A DNA stretch of 64,000 nt, from the NCBI GenBank assembly GCA_041649475.1, contig JBAZNA010000001.1:611308-675307 (forward strand), read 5' to 3'. Source of the DNA: Patescibacteria group bacterium (GTDB lineage: Bacteria > Patescibacteriota > Patescibacteriia > Magasanikbacterales > GWA2-37-8). Below are positions 40,161 to 49,742 of this stretch, one piece after another. The translations under genes were made by a program, and so were the position numbers. Every line of letters begins with the position of its first letter. The first letter of the stretch is position 1. Under the pieces are notes generated by a model. The model searched no databases, was not told where the DNA came from, and was given only the letters and a program-made list of their open reading frames with translations.

Positions 40161-40760
40161 TTAATTATTATAATTATTATCCCTATTTATTTGCCTGTCC
40201 GACCTATGCAGGCCTTCATTAAATTTAAAATTTGAATTATTTTTTAATTTATTTTTTATTTCCGTGCGTAATTTGAGAACTTTGTTGTTTTGAGGATTTA
40301 TTTTTTCCAATTTTTTGTCCACCTTCTGCAATTTATCGGCAACCTTTTGTATTTGCTTATCAACAGAATCAAGCTTTTGTCCGCGCTTTTTAATTACCAC
40401 GGCTTCGGCCTCGCGCTTATCAATTTGTTTTAACAAAAATTTAGCTTTGGCTTCCGGAGTCACCTGCACTGTTTCTTCAACTTTTTCAATCTCCTGTTTA
40501 ATCGGGTAAAGCGGAGTGCCTTCAGTTACATCCGGACTGGTGTAAGCATAGGAGCCGGTAACCAAACTGGCGCCGATAATAACAACAGAAGTAAAAGCAA
40601 CCGCTCTTTTAAACCAAACGGTTTGGTACCAATTCAGTTGAGTCGCGTATTTCTTTTGCCAAGCCGAGTCCAATTTGGCTTTTAAAGCAATTTTAAATTT
40701 ATTGTCCGGCGACAAATCCCTCTGTGCTTTCCATAAATTGTATCTGGCTTTGAAGTTCAT
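40161..40760 (-). CDS. DUF5667-like membrane protein, putative anti-sigma factor
   Basis: TM followed by GTPLYPIKQEIEKV..KAKF....DKREAE; directly downstream of the ECF sigma. Confidence 0.65.
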   Translation of the reverse strand: MNFKARYNLWKAQRDLSPDNKFKIALKAKLDSAWQKKYATQLNWYQTVWFKRAVAFTSVVIIGASLVTGSYAYTSPDVTEGTPLYPIKQEIEKVEETVQVTPEAKAKFLLKQIDKREAEAVVIKKRGQKLDSVDKQIQKVADKLQKVDKKLEKINPQNNKVLKLRTEIKNKLKNNSNFKFNEGLHRSDRQINRDNNYNN

Positions 40761-40763
40761 AAT

Positions 40764-41285
40764 TTACTCGTTTTGGGCGAATTTAGAAAGTTTTTTTATG
40801 GCCCGATGGGCCGCTACTTTAACCGCCGTTTCCGTCATGCCTTTCATTTCCGCGATTTCTAAATAGCTATACCCAAAAATATAATGAAAGGTTACAATTT
40901 CACGGGTATTTTCGTCTAATTTGGCTAATAATTCATAAATTTCTTTTTTTATTGATTCTTTTTTAAAGGCGCGCGAGGCCAAATTCAGCCAAAAACTATC
41001 AACATTTTCGTCTGTTTCTTCCGGCAATGAGCCGACCGGCTTTTTATCCCGGTAGTAGTTAGCCATGTGATTTTTGCAAATTGTCATGATCCAGGCGGAT
41101 TGGCTGATTTTTGGGTCATAGGTCTCAAAATGCTCCAGGGCTTTCATAAAAATTTCCGATACCAAATCCTCGGCCAGTTCTTTATTGGCGCTAACGCGAA
41201 AAAAGACAAAGCGGTAAACTTTGTCTAAATGGGTTTGATAGAATTTTTCAAAATCGTGCTTTTTCACACTATCATTATAACTCAC
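40764..41285 (-). CDS. ECF-type RNA polymerase sigma-70 factor
   Basis: [49 protein letters not shown]. Confidence 0.93.
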   Translation of the reverse strand: MSYNDSVKKHDFEKFYQTHLDKVYRFVFFRVSANKELAEDLVSEIFMKALEHFETYDPKISQSAWIMTICKNHMANYYRDKKPVGSLPEETDENVDSFWLNLASRAFKKESIKKEIYELLAKLDENTREIVTFHYIFGYSYLEIAEMKGMTETAVKVAAHRAIKKLSKFAQNE

Positions 41286-42408
41286 TTTTCAAATCATCCA
41301 AAATCTTACGGGCGTTTTTGTTTAAATGTTTGGGCACGCGGATTTTTATTTTCACATACTGGTCTCCCCTGCCGTTGTCATTTAAATGCCCAACGCCTTT
41401 ATTTTTTAATCTGATCAATTGCCCGGATTCGGTGCCTTCCGGAACCACTAACCGAGTTTGCCCTTCAAGTGTTTCAATATTTATGGTGTCGCCGAGCACA
41501 GCTTGCGGAAAATTTATTTCGGCCTCGATGTAAATATCATACCCCTCGCGTTTGAATCCTTTTAGCGGCCTGACGTGAACCAAGACATACAAATCACCGG
41601 ACGAACCGCCGCGGCCTGCCGCTTCGCCGTGGCCGGAAAGGCGGATTGATTGACCATCATCAATGCCAGCCGGAATTTTTACTTTTATTTCCGAGTTGGA
41701 AGTGATCACGCCCGAGCCGTTGCAGTGTTTGCATTTTTTACTCGGCTTCTCGCCTTGGCCGTGACAATCCGGGCAAGTGGTGACGGTCTGCATTGTGCCC
41801 AAAAATGTCCGTTGGTTTTGCACAACTTGTCCTTGGCCGTGACAGGTCGGACAATTTTCCATCTTACTCCCCGGCTCGGCGCCAGTGCCACCGCAGACAT
41901 CACATTTATTTTGTTTTCGCAGTGATATTTGTTTTTCCACGCCAAAGGCCGCTTCTTTAAAATCTATCTGCGCGTCAATTTGAATATCGCGGCCGCGGCT
42001 TTGTCCACCGCGCCTGGAACCTCCTCTGGAACCGCCGCCGCCAAAACCGAACAAGTCCCCAAACATGTCGTTTAAATCCATCCCGCCAAAATCAAAAGAA
42101 AAATTTTGGAAACCACCCTGGCCACCGGCGCCGCCCTGACCGCGGGCTGCGCGCATGAAATCTTCCCATGTCATGCCCTGACCAAAACCGCCCTGCTGTT
42201 CAAAATCAGAGCCAAACTGATCATAGCGCTTGCGTTTTTCCGCGTCACCCAAGACCTGATATGCCTCATTCACTTCTTTGAATTTGGCCTCGTTCCCGCC
42301 CGGTCTGTCCGGGTGATGTTCCATGGCCGCCTTCTTAAAGGCCTTTTTTATATCATCTTGTGAAGCGTTTTTATCAACTCCGAGAATTTTGTAATAATCT
42401 TTTCCCAT
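41275..42408 (-). CDS. dnaJ: Chaperone DnaJ
   Basis: J domain with HPD, G/F-rich region, four CxxCxGxG motifs. Confidence 0.98.
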   Translation of the reverse strand: MGKDYYKILGVDKNASQDDIKKAFKKAAMEHHPDRPGGNEAKFKEVNEAYQVLGDAEKRKRYDQFGSDFEQQGGFGQGMTWEDFMRAARGQGGAGGQGGFQNFSFDFGGMDLNDMFGDLFGFGGGGSRGGSRRGGQSRGRDIQIDAQIDFKEAAFGVEKQISLRKQNKCDVCGGTGAEPGSKMENCPTCHGQGQVVQNQRTFLGTMQTVTTCPDCHGQGEKPSKKCKHCNGSGVITSNSEIKVKIPAGIDDGQSIRLSGHGEAAGRGGSSGDLYVLVHVRPLKGFKREGYDIYIEAEINFPQAVLGDTINIETLEGQTRLVVPEGTESGQLIRLKNKGVGHLNDNGRGDQYVKIKIRVPKHLNKNARKILDDLKSEL

Positions 42409-42428
42409 AACGAAGTTACTAGCCAAAG

Positions 42429-42749
42429 TTACCTTTTCAGCCCGATATTAATTTCTGATTCCACTTCTCTTCTTAATTCTTCATAAAATTCTAAATTTTC
42501 TTTAGCAAAATCAACATCTTTCCAGTTGGGGTTATCTTCCGGCGGAATCCATTTAGTATTTTCGGCCATCTCTTCTTTAAGACCATCCTTTAAATCTTTC
42601 ATCAAATCCGAATTTTTTCTAACCGCGGCTATTGTGCCCCCTCTATATTGGGGTGTAGCAATTGCGCATCTTCCACAAAGCCCATGAGAAATTGGCTCCC
42701 CTGATGTACCAGCTTTTTCTCTTCCACAAACCATGCAAATGGATTTCAT
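42429..42749 (-). CDS. Hypothetical protein with CxxC..CxxC motif between dnaK and dnaJ
   Basis: 106-aa ORF filling the gap; CMVC...SHGLCGRC. Confidence 0.7.
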   Translation of the reverse strand: MKSICMVCGREKAGTSGEPISHGLCGRCAIATPQYRGGTIAAVRKNSDLMKDLKDGLKEEMAENTKWIPPEDNPNWKDVDFAKENLEFYEELRREVESEINIGLKR

Positions 42750-42752
42750 ATA

Positions 42753-44666
42753 TTATTTTTTATCATCAACAACCTCGCCCTCAATCGGGCCTTCTTCTTT
42801 CTTGGGACCTTGATCACCGGGGTTTGGGCCGGCCTGCGCCCCACTTTGTCCGGCCTGCCCCTGCTGGTACATCTTGGCGCCAACAACCTGCGCGGCTTTG
42901 GATAATTCTTCAGCCGCCTTTTTCATGGCCTCAACATCATCTTTATCTTTAACTTCCTTCATCTTGACCAGCGCCTCACTCACCGCTTTTTTCTCGTCAT
43001 CGGTAACCGCGATTTTCTTTTCCTCAATTTCTTTCATCATTTTTTCGGTTGTATAAACCATGGTGTCGGCCAAATTTCTGGTTTCAATCAGTTCCTGCTT
43101 TTTCTTATCTTCGGCCGCGTGCGCTTCCGCGTCTTTTCTCATGCGTTCAACTTCGTCTTTTGACAAGCCCGAAGATGACTCAATCCTGATTGATTGTTCT
43201 TTGTTGGTGGCCTTGTCTTTGGCTTTGACGTTCAAAATGCCATTAGCATCAATATCAAAACTCACTTCCACCTGCGGCACACCGCGCGGAGCCGGCGGGA
43301 TTCCGTCCAGGATAAACTTGCCAAGAGTTTTATTATCACCTGCCATCGGACGCTCTCCCTGCAAAACATGAATTTCCACTGCCGGCTGATTATCGGCCGC
43401 CGTAGAAAAGACCTGTGATTTGGAAGTCGGGATGGTGGTATTTCTTTCAATGAGTTTAGTCATCACACTGCCAAAGGTTTCAATGCCGAGAGATAATGGC
43501 GTGACATCTAAAAGCAAAACATCTTTGACATCGCCTTTTAACACCCCACCCTGCACAGCCGCGCCAACCGCCACCACCTCATCCGGGTTCACACTGATAT
43601 TTGGCTTTTTGCCAAAAAACTTTTCCACAGTCGCGAGAACCAGGGGCATACGGGTCATACCGCCAACCATCACCACTTCATGTAAATCATTCGGAGTCAG
43701 CTTGGCATCGTCAAGCGCTTTGCGCACCGGCCCTAAAGTTTTCTCCACCAATTCCCCGACTAATTCTTCCAATTTTGATCGGGTCAGTTTCATCACCATG
43801 TGCTTTGGACCGCTTGAGTCAGAAGTAATAAACGGCTGATTGATTTCCGATTCCTGGGCCGTTGAAAGTTCAATCTTGGCTTTTTCGGCCGCTTCTCTTA
43901 TGCGTTGAAGTGCCAATGGATCTTTACTCAAATCAATCCCCTGGTCCTTTTTGAATTCATCCAAAATCCATTGAATAATCACCTGGTCAAAATCATCGCC
44001 GCCCAGATGAGTATCGCCGTTTGTTGAGAGCACCTGAACATTATCCGGCGCCACTTCCAAAATGGAAATATCAAAAGTTCCGCCGCCCAAATCATAGACC
44101 GCAATTTTTTGTTCGGTTTTTTTATCAAAACCATAAGCAAGCGCGGCCGCGGTCGGCTCGTTGATAATTCGCAGAACCTCCAAACCGGCAATTGCTCCGG
44201 CATCTTTGGTGGCCTGACGTTGTGAATCATCAAAATATGCCGGCACGGTAATTACCGCTTCAGTGATTTTTTCTCCCAAGCGTTCTTCGGCGTCAGCTTT
44301 CATCTTTCCCAAAATCATGGCCGAAATTTCCTGCGGGGAATATTCTTTGCCTTGCATCGCAACCTTCACGCCGCCGCCGGCATTAACAATTTTATACGGC
44401 ATGAGTTTAAGGTCGCGCTGGACTTCGGCGTCTTCCCATCTGCGGCCAATCAAACGCTTGATTGAATACAGCGTGTTTTCCGGATTGGTGACGGCCTGGC
44501 GTTTGGCCAGTTGGCCAACCAGCCGCTCGCCATTTTTGGAAATGGCCACAACCGACGGCGTGGTGCGCGCGCCTTCTTTATTTTCCAAAACCTTTGGCTG
44601 GCCGCCTTCTATAATGGCCATGCATGAATTAGTTGTACCGAGATCTATTCCGAGAACTTTGGACAT
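42753..44666 (-). CDS. dnaK: Chaperone DnaK
   Basis: [40 protein letters not shown]. Confidence 0.99.
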   Translation of the reverse strand: MSKVLGIDLGTTNSCMAIIEGGQPKVLENKEGARTTPSVVAISKNGERLVGQLAKRQAVTNPENTLYSIKRLIGRRWEDAEVQRDLKLMPYKIVNAGGGVKVAMQGKEYSPQEISAMILGKMKADAEERLGEKITEAVITVPAYFDDSQRQATKDAGAIAGLEVLRIINEPTAAALAYGFDKKTEQKIAVYDLGGGTFDISILEVAPDNVQVLSTNGDTHLGGDDFDQVIIQWILDEFKKDQGIDLSKDPLALQRIREAAEKAKIELSTAQESEINQPFITSDSSGPKHMVMKLTRSKLEELVGELVEKTLGPVRKALDDAKLTPNDLHEVVMVGGMTRMPLVLATVEKFFGKKPNISVNPDEVVAVGAAVQGGVLKGDVKDVLLLDVTPLSLGIETFGSVMTKLIERNTTIPTSKSQVFSTAADNQPAVEIHVLQGERPMAGDNKTLGKFILDGIPPAPRGVPQVEVSFDIDANGILNVKAKDKATNKEQSIRIESSSGLSKDEVERMRKDAEAHAAEDKKKQELIETRNLADTMVYTTEKMMKEIEEKKIAVTDDEKKAVSEALVKMKEVKDKDDVEAMKKAAEELSKAAQVVGAKMYQQGQAGQSGAQAGPNPGDQGPKKEEGPIEGEVVDDKK

Positions 44667-44701
44667 AATTTTAAAATAAGTTAATTTTTAATTATTTATT
44701 T

Positions 44702-45019
44702 TTATGATTTTTCGGCTTTTGGCGCGGTAATTTTCAAAACTCCATCCTGAAATTCGGCGCTGACCTTATCTTCCAACACTGCTGTCGGCAAAGCCACTTC
44801 CCGGTAAAACGCACCGCTTCTAATTTCTTTGCGGTAATAATTTTTTTCATCAACCTCATGTTCGTTTTTTGATCCGCCTTTAATCACCAACACGCCTTTT
44901 TCTACACTTATACTAACATCTTCCGGCTTGATTCCGGCCAAAGGCAATTTCACCACTACATCCTTGTCGGTTTCATACATATCCATTGCCGGCACAAATG
45001 CCCAAGGAATGATATTCAT
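44702..45019 (-). CDS. Hsp20/alpha-crystallin small heat-shock protein
   Basis: PAMDMYET, LAGIKPEDV, EIRSGAFYREVALP, AEFQDGVLKITAPK. Confidence 0.93.
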   Translation of the reverse strand: MNIIPWAFVPAMDMYETDKDVVVKLPLAGIKPEDVSISVEKGVLVIKGGSKNEHEVDEKNYYRKEIRSGAFYREVALPTAVLEDKVSAEFQDGVLKITAPKAEKS

Positions 45020-45046
45020 ATAAATTAAAGTTAAAAGTCAGTTAAA

Positions 45047-45925
45047 TTATTTAGCAATTATTACTCTGGCGGGCCTAACTACCCTATCTCCCATTTTATA
45101 ACCGCCAGAAACCTCTTTCAAAATCGTGTCTGCGTCAACCTCTTCATTTTCTTCCTCGCCAACCGCTTCGTGATATTTCGGATCAAACTTTTCGCCCACA
45201 GTTTTTATTTCCTCCAAATTATGCGCTTTCAAAATATCTCCAAACTGCTTCATTATATGTCCAACTCCTTCTGACCATTGTTTCCAGCCATTTTCTTCAT
45301 TCATCTGCTCCCGGTGCGCAAACGCCTTTTTAAAATTTTCATAAACCGGTATGAATTCTTCCAAAATTTGCAGTTCGCTCATTTTCACCCACTCACCGCG
45401 TCTGGCCGCAATTTCATTCTGTAAATTTTTGTAATCGGCCAAAGCCCTCTGCCAACCCTTTTTATATTCTTCAGTTTCCAGCATTTTTTTATACATTTTT
45501 ACATTTTCTTTAATCGTCTCATGTATATCTTTCTTTTCCAGAATTTCATCCGGTGAAAGCCAAACTACTTCTGTCCCTTCCTCACCATCTAATTTAATTT
45601 CATTTTTATTTGATACTAGATCAACCAAATAATTTAAGGCAATAAAATGATCCTTACCATCTTTATAATCTTTATCATGAACAAGATCAAAAGCATTTAA
45701 CAGACGTGGGTTTTCCACAACTGCGCCGGTTTCTTCTTCAACTTCGCGGAGTAGTGCATCCTGAACTTTCTCTCCCCACTCCACATGTCCGCCTGGGATT
45801 GTTAATTTATTCTGCCATTTTGGGCTTTTCATTAAGAAAAATTTTCCATCCTGGCTAAGTATCATTGCCCCGGCCGATACCCATGGATATTTCTTTTCTT
45901 CTTTTTTATTTTGGTCATCTGACAT
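45047..45925 (-). CDS. grpE: NUDIX hydrolase-GrpE nucleotide exchange factor fusion
   Basis: N-terminal Nudix box GGHVEWGEKVQDALLREVEEETG; C-terminal WQRALADYKN..FDPKYHEAV..GYKMGDRVVRPARV; start taken at MSDDQ. Confidence 0.9.
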   Translation of the reverse strand: MSDDQNKKEEKKYPWVSAGAMILSQDGKFFLMKSPKWQNKLTIPGGHVEWGEKVQDALLREVEEETGAVVENPRLLNAFDLVHDKDYKDGKDHFIALNYLVDLVSNKNEIKLDGEEGTEVVWLSPDEILEKKDIHETIKENVKMYKKMLETEEYKKGWQRALADYKNLQNEIAARRGEWVKMSELQILEEFIPVYENFKKAFAHREQMNEENGWKQWSEGVGHIMKQFGDILKAHNLEEIKTVGEKFDPKYHEAVGEEENEEVDADTILKEVSGGYKMGDRVVRPARVIIAK

Positions 45926-45936
45926 ATATTGTATAG

Positions 45937-46003
45937 GTAGATATTTATTAAGCATTTTGAGCACTAGCGATAGCTTGGCGAAAAATGCTTAATAAATATC
46001 TAC
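45937..46003 (+). repeat. Dispersed long hairpin element, copy 3
   Basis: 22-bp perfect stem of unrelated sequence around GAGCACTAGC-GATA-GCTTGGCGA. Confidence 0.9.
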
Positions 46004-46016
46004 ATGTGAAATAATG

Positions 46017-46703
46017 TTAAATAATCTCTAAAACTTTTTTAAGTAAGACAAAATTATGCTTGTAATCCATCCGCTTCGGTCCCAGCAAGGCAATCAAACT
46101 TTTTCCGTTGCCGCCAAAACGCGCGGACAAAACGCTTAAAATCGGGCCGAACGGATGCTCCTTGCCGATAAAATATTTCGGCTCTTCGTCAACTTTATCA
46201 AAAAAATCTTCCAGACATTCTTCGCAGTGATCAAAAATGCTAGAAATATCCGCCACTAAATTCAATTCTTTAAATTCGGGCTTATTAAATAAATTTGACA
46301 GACCGGTATAATATATTTTTTCCAAAGAAAAGGCCAGAATAACGGTTTCATTTGAAAGTTCAACCAATGACTTAGCCAGATTTTTTCTGGAGATTTCGTA
46401 ATCAGAATCGCTTTTGGCCGCATTGGAAATAAAACTGGCATCGCGTTTTGAGATTCTCAAATTATCCGCTTTTAAATTATCAATATAATGATGATAGCCC
46501 TTTTCGGTTGGCACGCGGCCGGCCGAGGTGTGAGGATGGGTTAAAAATCCTTCTTCTTCAAGCGCGCGCAGTTCATTGCGCACCGTAGCTTCGCTTAATT
46601 TTAAACCGCCGGCGGAAATCAAAAAACGTGAGCCGATTGGCTCGGCATTAGCAATATAGTTTTCCATGACGAGGTTAAAAAGTTTTTCTTTGCGAGTATC
46701 CAT
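46017..46703 (-). CDS. hrcA: Heat-inducible transcription repressor HrcA (short form)
   Basis: YIANAEPIGS, SEATVRNEL..LEEEGFLTHPHTSAGRVPTEKGY, LLGPKRMDY; start taken at MDTRK. Confidence 0.93.
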   Translation of the reverse strand: MDTRKEKLFNLVMENYIANAEPIGSRFLISAGGLKLSEATVRNELRALEEEGFLTHPHTSAGRVPTEKGYHHYIDNLKADNLRISKRDASFISNAAKSDSDYEISRKNLAKSLVELSNETVILAFSLEKIYYTGLSNLFNKPEFKELNLVADISSIFDHCEECLEDFFDKVDEEPKYFIGKEHPFGPILSVLSARFGGNGKSLIALLGPKRMDYKHNFVLLKKVLEII

Positions 46704-46719
46704 AATATTGATACGGATT

Positions 46720-46773
46720 TTATCACTCAAAGCTTCCGAGTGATAATATACCACCAAGCAAAAAAGCCGTCAA
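46720..46773 (-). promoter_or_regulatory. hrcA operon promoter with variant CIRCE operator
   Basis: TTATCACTC-N9-GAGTGATAA at 46720-46746; minus strand TTGACG-N17-TATATT overlapping it. Confidence 0.88.
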
Positions 46774-46799
46774 GAGGGGCACCATAGGCGAAAAATAAA

Positions 46800-46831
46800 T
46801 AAAAAAAGTCCCAACGAAACTCTGTCGGGAC
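46800..46831 (-). terminator. Intrinsic terminator of the GC-rich orphan gene
   Basis: Minus strand GTCCCGAC-N8-GTTGGGAC followed by a T-run; a second hairpin GGGCGC..GCGCCC at 46838-46857. Confidence 0.75.
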
Positions 46832-46857
46832 CGGACTGGGCGCCTCTATGAGCGCCC

Positions 46858-47517
46858 TTAGTTGTGCGGGGTACGCCGTCGGCGGCTGGCCGGGACGGAG
46901 ATCTCCAGCACCAGGGTGTTGGCGTTGATCTCCACGATCATACGCTTCTCCAGCTCATGCTGGCGGCGCTCCTCCTCCGGGAGCGATGCCGTGTAGAGCT
47001 CCTCTGCTGTCTTCTCATCCAAGGGGAGACCGGCCTGCTTCATCTCCGCGAACAGAACGGCTGCCTCCATGACCGTAACCGTGTTCTTGCCGGCCGCACC
47101 ACGACAGTAGCCGAAGCCGGCTTCCAAACTGTGGACCGGGTTGCTGGCCCGCTCACCGTTCTGGGTCATGACGTTGCCGTGCGGGTACTTGAACGGGCAG
47201 TTGGAACTGGAACAGGTCTGAAACTTGAACCGGGGCGTGATACCCTCCGTCGGAGGCGGTGCACAGCCCGCCATTCGCTCACAGACAGCGGCGAAGTCGG
47301 GCAGGAGTCCGGCGTCCCTCATCACGGCCTCCACCGCCGGCGCCTCATCGCTGGTGATCATTCCGCTCTTGATGGCCTTGTACAGAAACGCCTTGCCATC
47401 GGCCAGACAGATGACTGGATGGGGTTCAAGATCCTCATCCGTCACGAAACAACCGTAGGCAATACCGAGGATTTCCAAGAACAAGTCCTGGATACCCTTA
47501 AGGAACATCATAGACAT
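46858..47517 (-). CDS. GC-rich hypothetical protein with an internal duplicated domain
   Basis: GGAGG SD at 47523-47527, TTGACA-N17-TATTTT promoter, downstream terminator, G/C-ending codons on the minus strand. Confidence 0.8.
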   Translation of the reverse strand: MSMMFLKGIQDLFLEILGIAYGCFVTDEDLEPHPVICLADGKAFLYKAIKSGMITSDEAPAVEAVMRDAGLLPDFAAVCERMAGCAPPPTEGITPRFKFQTCSSSNCPFKYPHGNVMTQNGERASNPVHSLEAGFGYCRGAAGKNTVTVMEAAVLFAEMKQAGLPLDEKTAEELYTASLPEEERRQHELEKRMIVEINANTLVLEISVPASRRRRTPHN

Positions 47518-47583
47518 GGTCGCCTCCCATTTCTCCAAAGTTGATAAGCTAAAAATACAGCTTTATACCAAAAATGTCAACAA

Positions 47584-47650
47584 AAAGAGGGAGATAGGAA
47601 GTTTTGAGCACTAGCGCCAGCTTGGCGAAAAACTTCTTATCTCCCTCTTT
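47584..47650 (+). repeat. Dispersed long hairpin element, copy 4
   Basis: 22-bp stem (one G.T) around GAGCACTAGC-GCCA-GCTTGGCGA. Confidence 0.9.
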
Positions 47651-47660
47651 ATTATTGGTA

Positions 47661-48233
47661 TTATTGACTAATCTTCCCTATTTCACTCAACAAAATATTT
47701 TCCACGTAAATCCCGCGTGCGTAAAATATGCGCTCCAGTTCATTCTTGAGTTCCATTTCCACCGCATCTCTCTTTGTAGCCACAATATCCTGATAATCAA
47801 ACTTGGAAAAAACCATGCGGATGCGGCTTCTAATGGTCGGTCGCACAATTTTTGAAACAAAATCCTCGCCGATGGTCTGCCAAATGGCCGGGATTTGGTG
47901 CACGTCTAACCGCAACAAAATAGTGCCTTCAGCGCTGATTCTGTGGCCGTCTTTGGTCACGGCCGCGATTGGAATATCACCCAGGGCTTTTTCATTTACC
48001 GCATTAAACTGCCTGTTAATATTGTATTCCAAGGTTTGGGTGTTGAACAATTTAGCTTTTTGCCAAAACGGAATTTTTAAATGCAGCCCCGGTGTTAAAA
48101 CCTTTTTCAAAACTCCCCTGCCCAAATCGTAAACGCAGGCCACATATCCGGGTGGAACGTGAATAAACAAGCCCTTTAAAACATCCTCCATTACGAACGA
48201 ATACATTAACTTATCCAATGAATCCTCGGACAT
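47661..48233 (-). CDS. SPFH/prohibitin (band 7) domain protein
   Basis: VPPGYVACV..LTPGLHLKIPFWQ, TKDG, IVRPTIRSRIR. Confidence 0.88.
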   Translation of the reverse strand: MSEDSLDKLMYSFVMEDVLKGLFIHVPPGYVACVYDLGRGVLKKVLTPGLHLKIPFWQKAKLFNTQTLEYNINRQFNAVNEKALGDIPIAAVTKDGHRISAEGTILLRLDVHQIPAIWQTIGEDFVSKIVRPTIRSRIRMVFSKFDYQDIVATKRDAVEMELKNELERIFYARGIYVENILLSEIGKISQ

Positions 48234-48241
48234 ATTTTAAA

Positions 48242-48937
48242 TTAATTAGTATTTTTGATTGGAAACAGCATTTTTCTAAACAGCGCTATGGTATCAGAAA
48301 AAATCATGGTTGTCAAAATGAAAAGCGACTTGACCATGGGCAAAACCCAGAGTGCGGCAAAGGTAAAAGCCGGGAATAAAAACAAAAAGACCGCCTCTCC
48401 GGGCGTCCATTTATGTTTGCGGTGATCTATCAGGTTTGAAATAAACAAATAACCGGCCGCGATTCCGGCCCAAATGCTGTCATGTATTTGACCAACGTAA
48501 AATCCGTAAAAATCAGTATTAATCTTGCCCGGAAATTCAATCCAGGGATATAAAAATTTAATAACCTTGTCGCCGGTAATACCCCGCAAGAACACCTGAT
48601 AAAGTAAAACTAAAACCAATAATTGAATCCCTATGGTGAGCGCTTTGGCCCAAGGCGACACCCGGTGTTTTTTCATTATATTTCTAATCACCTCTTTTTG
48701 CGCCACCTGATCATTTTTAAAAGATGCGGCCGCCTCGCGCGCTTCTTTTTCCATTGTTTGTTTTCTGATAACATCGCGTTCAGAAATAATGGTTAAAGGC
48801 AATAGTATGACGCGTAAAAAAATAGTGAGCCAGACCACGGCCCAACCCAAATTTTGATTGGCTATGTTTAAATAGATCCAAATCAGGGCGTTAAACAGCG
48901 GCTGATAAAGAAAAGTGATCCAAAAATAACTGAACAT
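48242..48937 (-). CDS. yidC: YidC/Oxa1 family membrane protein insertase (short)
   Basis: LYQPLFNALI..NLGWAVVWLTIFLRVILLPL, IQLLVLVLLYQVF. Confidence 0.8.
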   Translation of the reverse strand: MFSYFWITFLYQPLFNALIWIYLNIANQNLGWAVVWLTIFLRVILLPLTIISERDVIRKQTMEKEAREAAASFKNDQVAQKEVIRNIMKKHRVSPWAKALTIGIQLLVLVLLYQVFLRGITGDKVIKFLYPWIEFPGKINTDFYGFYVGQIHDSIWAGIAAGYLFISNLIDHRKHKWTPGEAVFLFLFPAFTFAALWVLPMVKSLFILTTMIFSDTIALFRKMLFPIKNTN

Positions 48938-48980
48938 AACGCTATAATTCTACCATAAAACCGGGAATTTGGCAATCAAA

Positions 48981-49724
48981 TTATATATCCATTTCCAATC
49001 CGTCTAAAGCAGCCGTTGAATTAGGGAATATGCCTTTAGCCACCTGCTCGGCCTGTTTACGCAGACCTAATGTATTATAACCATTCGCGCCAAAATGAGT
49101 AAGAACTAATTTTTTAACATTGGCTTTTTGGGCGAGTTCGGCCGCCTCTTCCGGACCGGTATGACCCCAGGCATTATCCACCTTGTGTTTAAACGAACAT
49201 TCATGAATTAACAAATCGCAGTCCTGCGCCAGCAAAAAATCATTTTCACAGATGGCGGTGTCTGAACAATAACTGATAATTTTTTTATCTAAAAACAATC
49301 TGTAGCCCATGGTTGAATCAACATGTTTGAGCGCTCTTGAGATAAATTTTATTGGTTTTTGATGTTCACCTTCTTTTAACCCGATTAATTTTACGGAGTA
49401 CGGCAATTCTTTAAGCGGCATCATGTACGGATGATTCAATAAATTTTGTAAAAATTTCTCCATCTTTTTGGGAAATAAAATCGTCAGTCCCTGTTTGAAA
49501 TCAAACTTGGGCAGGGTGTGAAAACCGCAGGTATGGTCCAAATGCAGATGAGTTATAAAAACATAAATCGGTTTGTCACTTTTGATATATTTATCCAATT
49601 TCGCAAAACCAAAACCGGCGTCAAGCACGACATATGCCTCGGGCGCGTCAATTATGGCGCAAGGTGTATTGCCGGTACTGGTGTTGTCAAACCAACCGTT
49701 GGTGCCTAAAAAAGTAAGTTTCAT
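48981..49724 (-). CDS. MBL-fold metallo-hydrolase, RNase Z-like
   Basis: LTFLGT, THLHLDH, YCSDT, LLIHEC, WGHT, LVLTHF. Confidence 0.88.
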   Translation of the reverse strand: MKLTFLGTNGWFDNTSTGNTPCAIIDAPEAYVVLDAGFGFAKLDKYIKSDKPIYVFITHLHLDHTCGFHTLPKFDFKQGLTILFPKKMEKFLQNLLNHPYMMPLKELPYSVKLIGLKEGEHQKPIKFISRALKHVDSTMGYRLFLDKKIISYCSDTAICENDFLLAQDCDLLIHECSFKHKVDNAWGHTGPEEAAELAQKANVKKLVLTHFGANGYNTLGLRKQAEQVAKGIFPNSTAALDGLEMDI

Positions 49725-49742
49725 AAGAAGTTATTTGAAAAA

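Noticed and set aside
46864-47544. 226-aa plus-strand ORF opposite the GC-rich orphan
   Set aside because: Antisense shadow of a GC-rich gene; SD, promoter and terminator all support the minus strand
23303-47632. The hairpin family as CRISPR repeats or CIRCE operators
   Set aside because: Copies are kilobases apart, in mixed orientation, with no spacers or cas genes. AGCACT resembles a CIRCE half-site, but there is no 9-bp-spaced inverted partner; the real CIRCE is at 46720-46746
39396-47650. Integron cassette array bounded by the hairpins
   Set aside because: No integrase, no RYYYAAC/GTTRRRY ends, and the intervening genes are core chaperone genes
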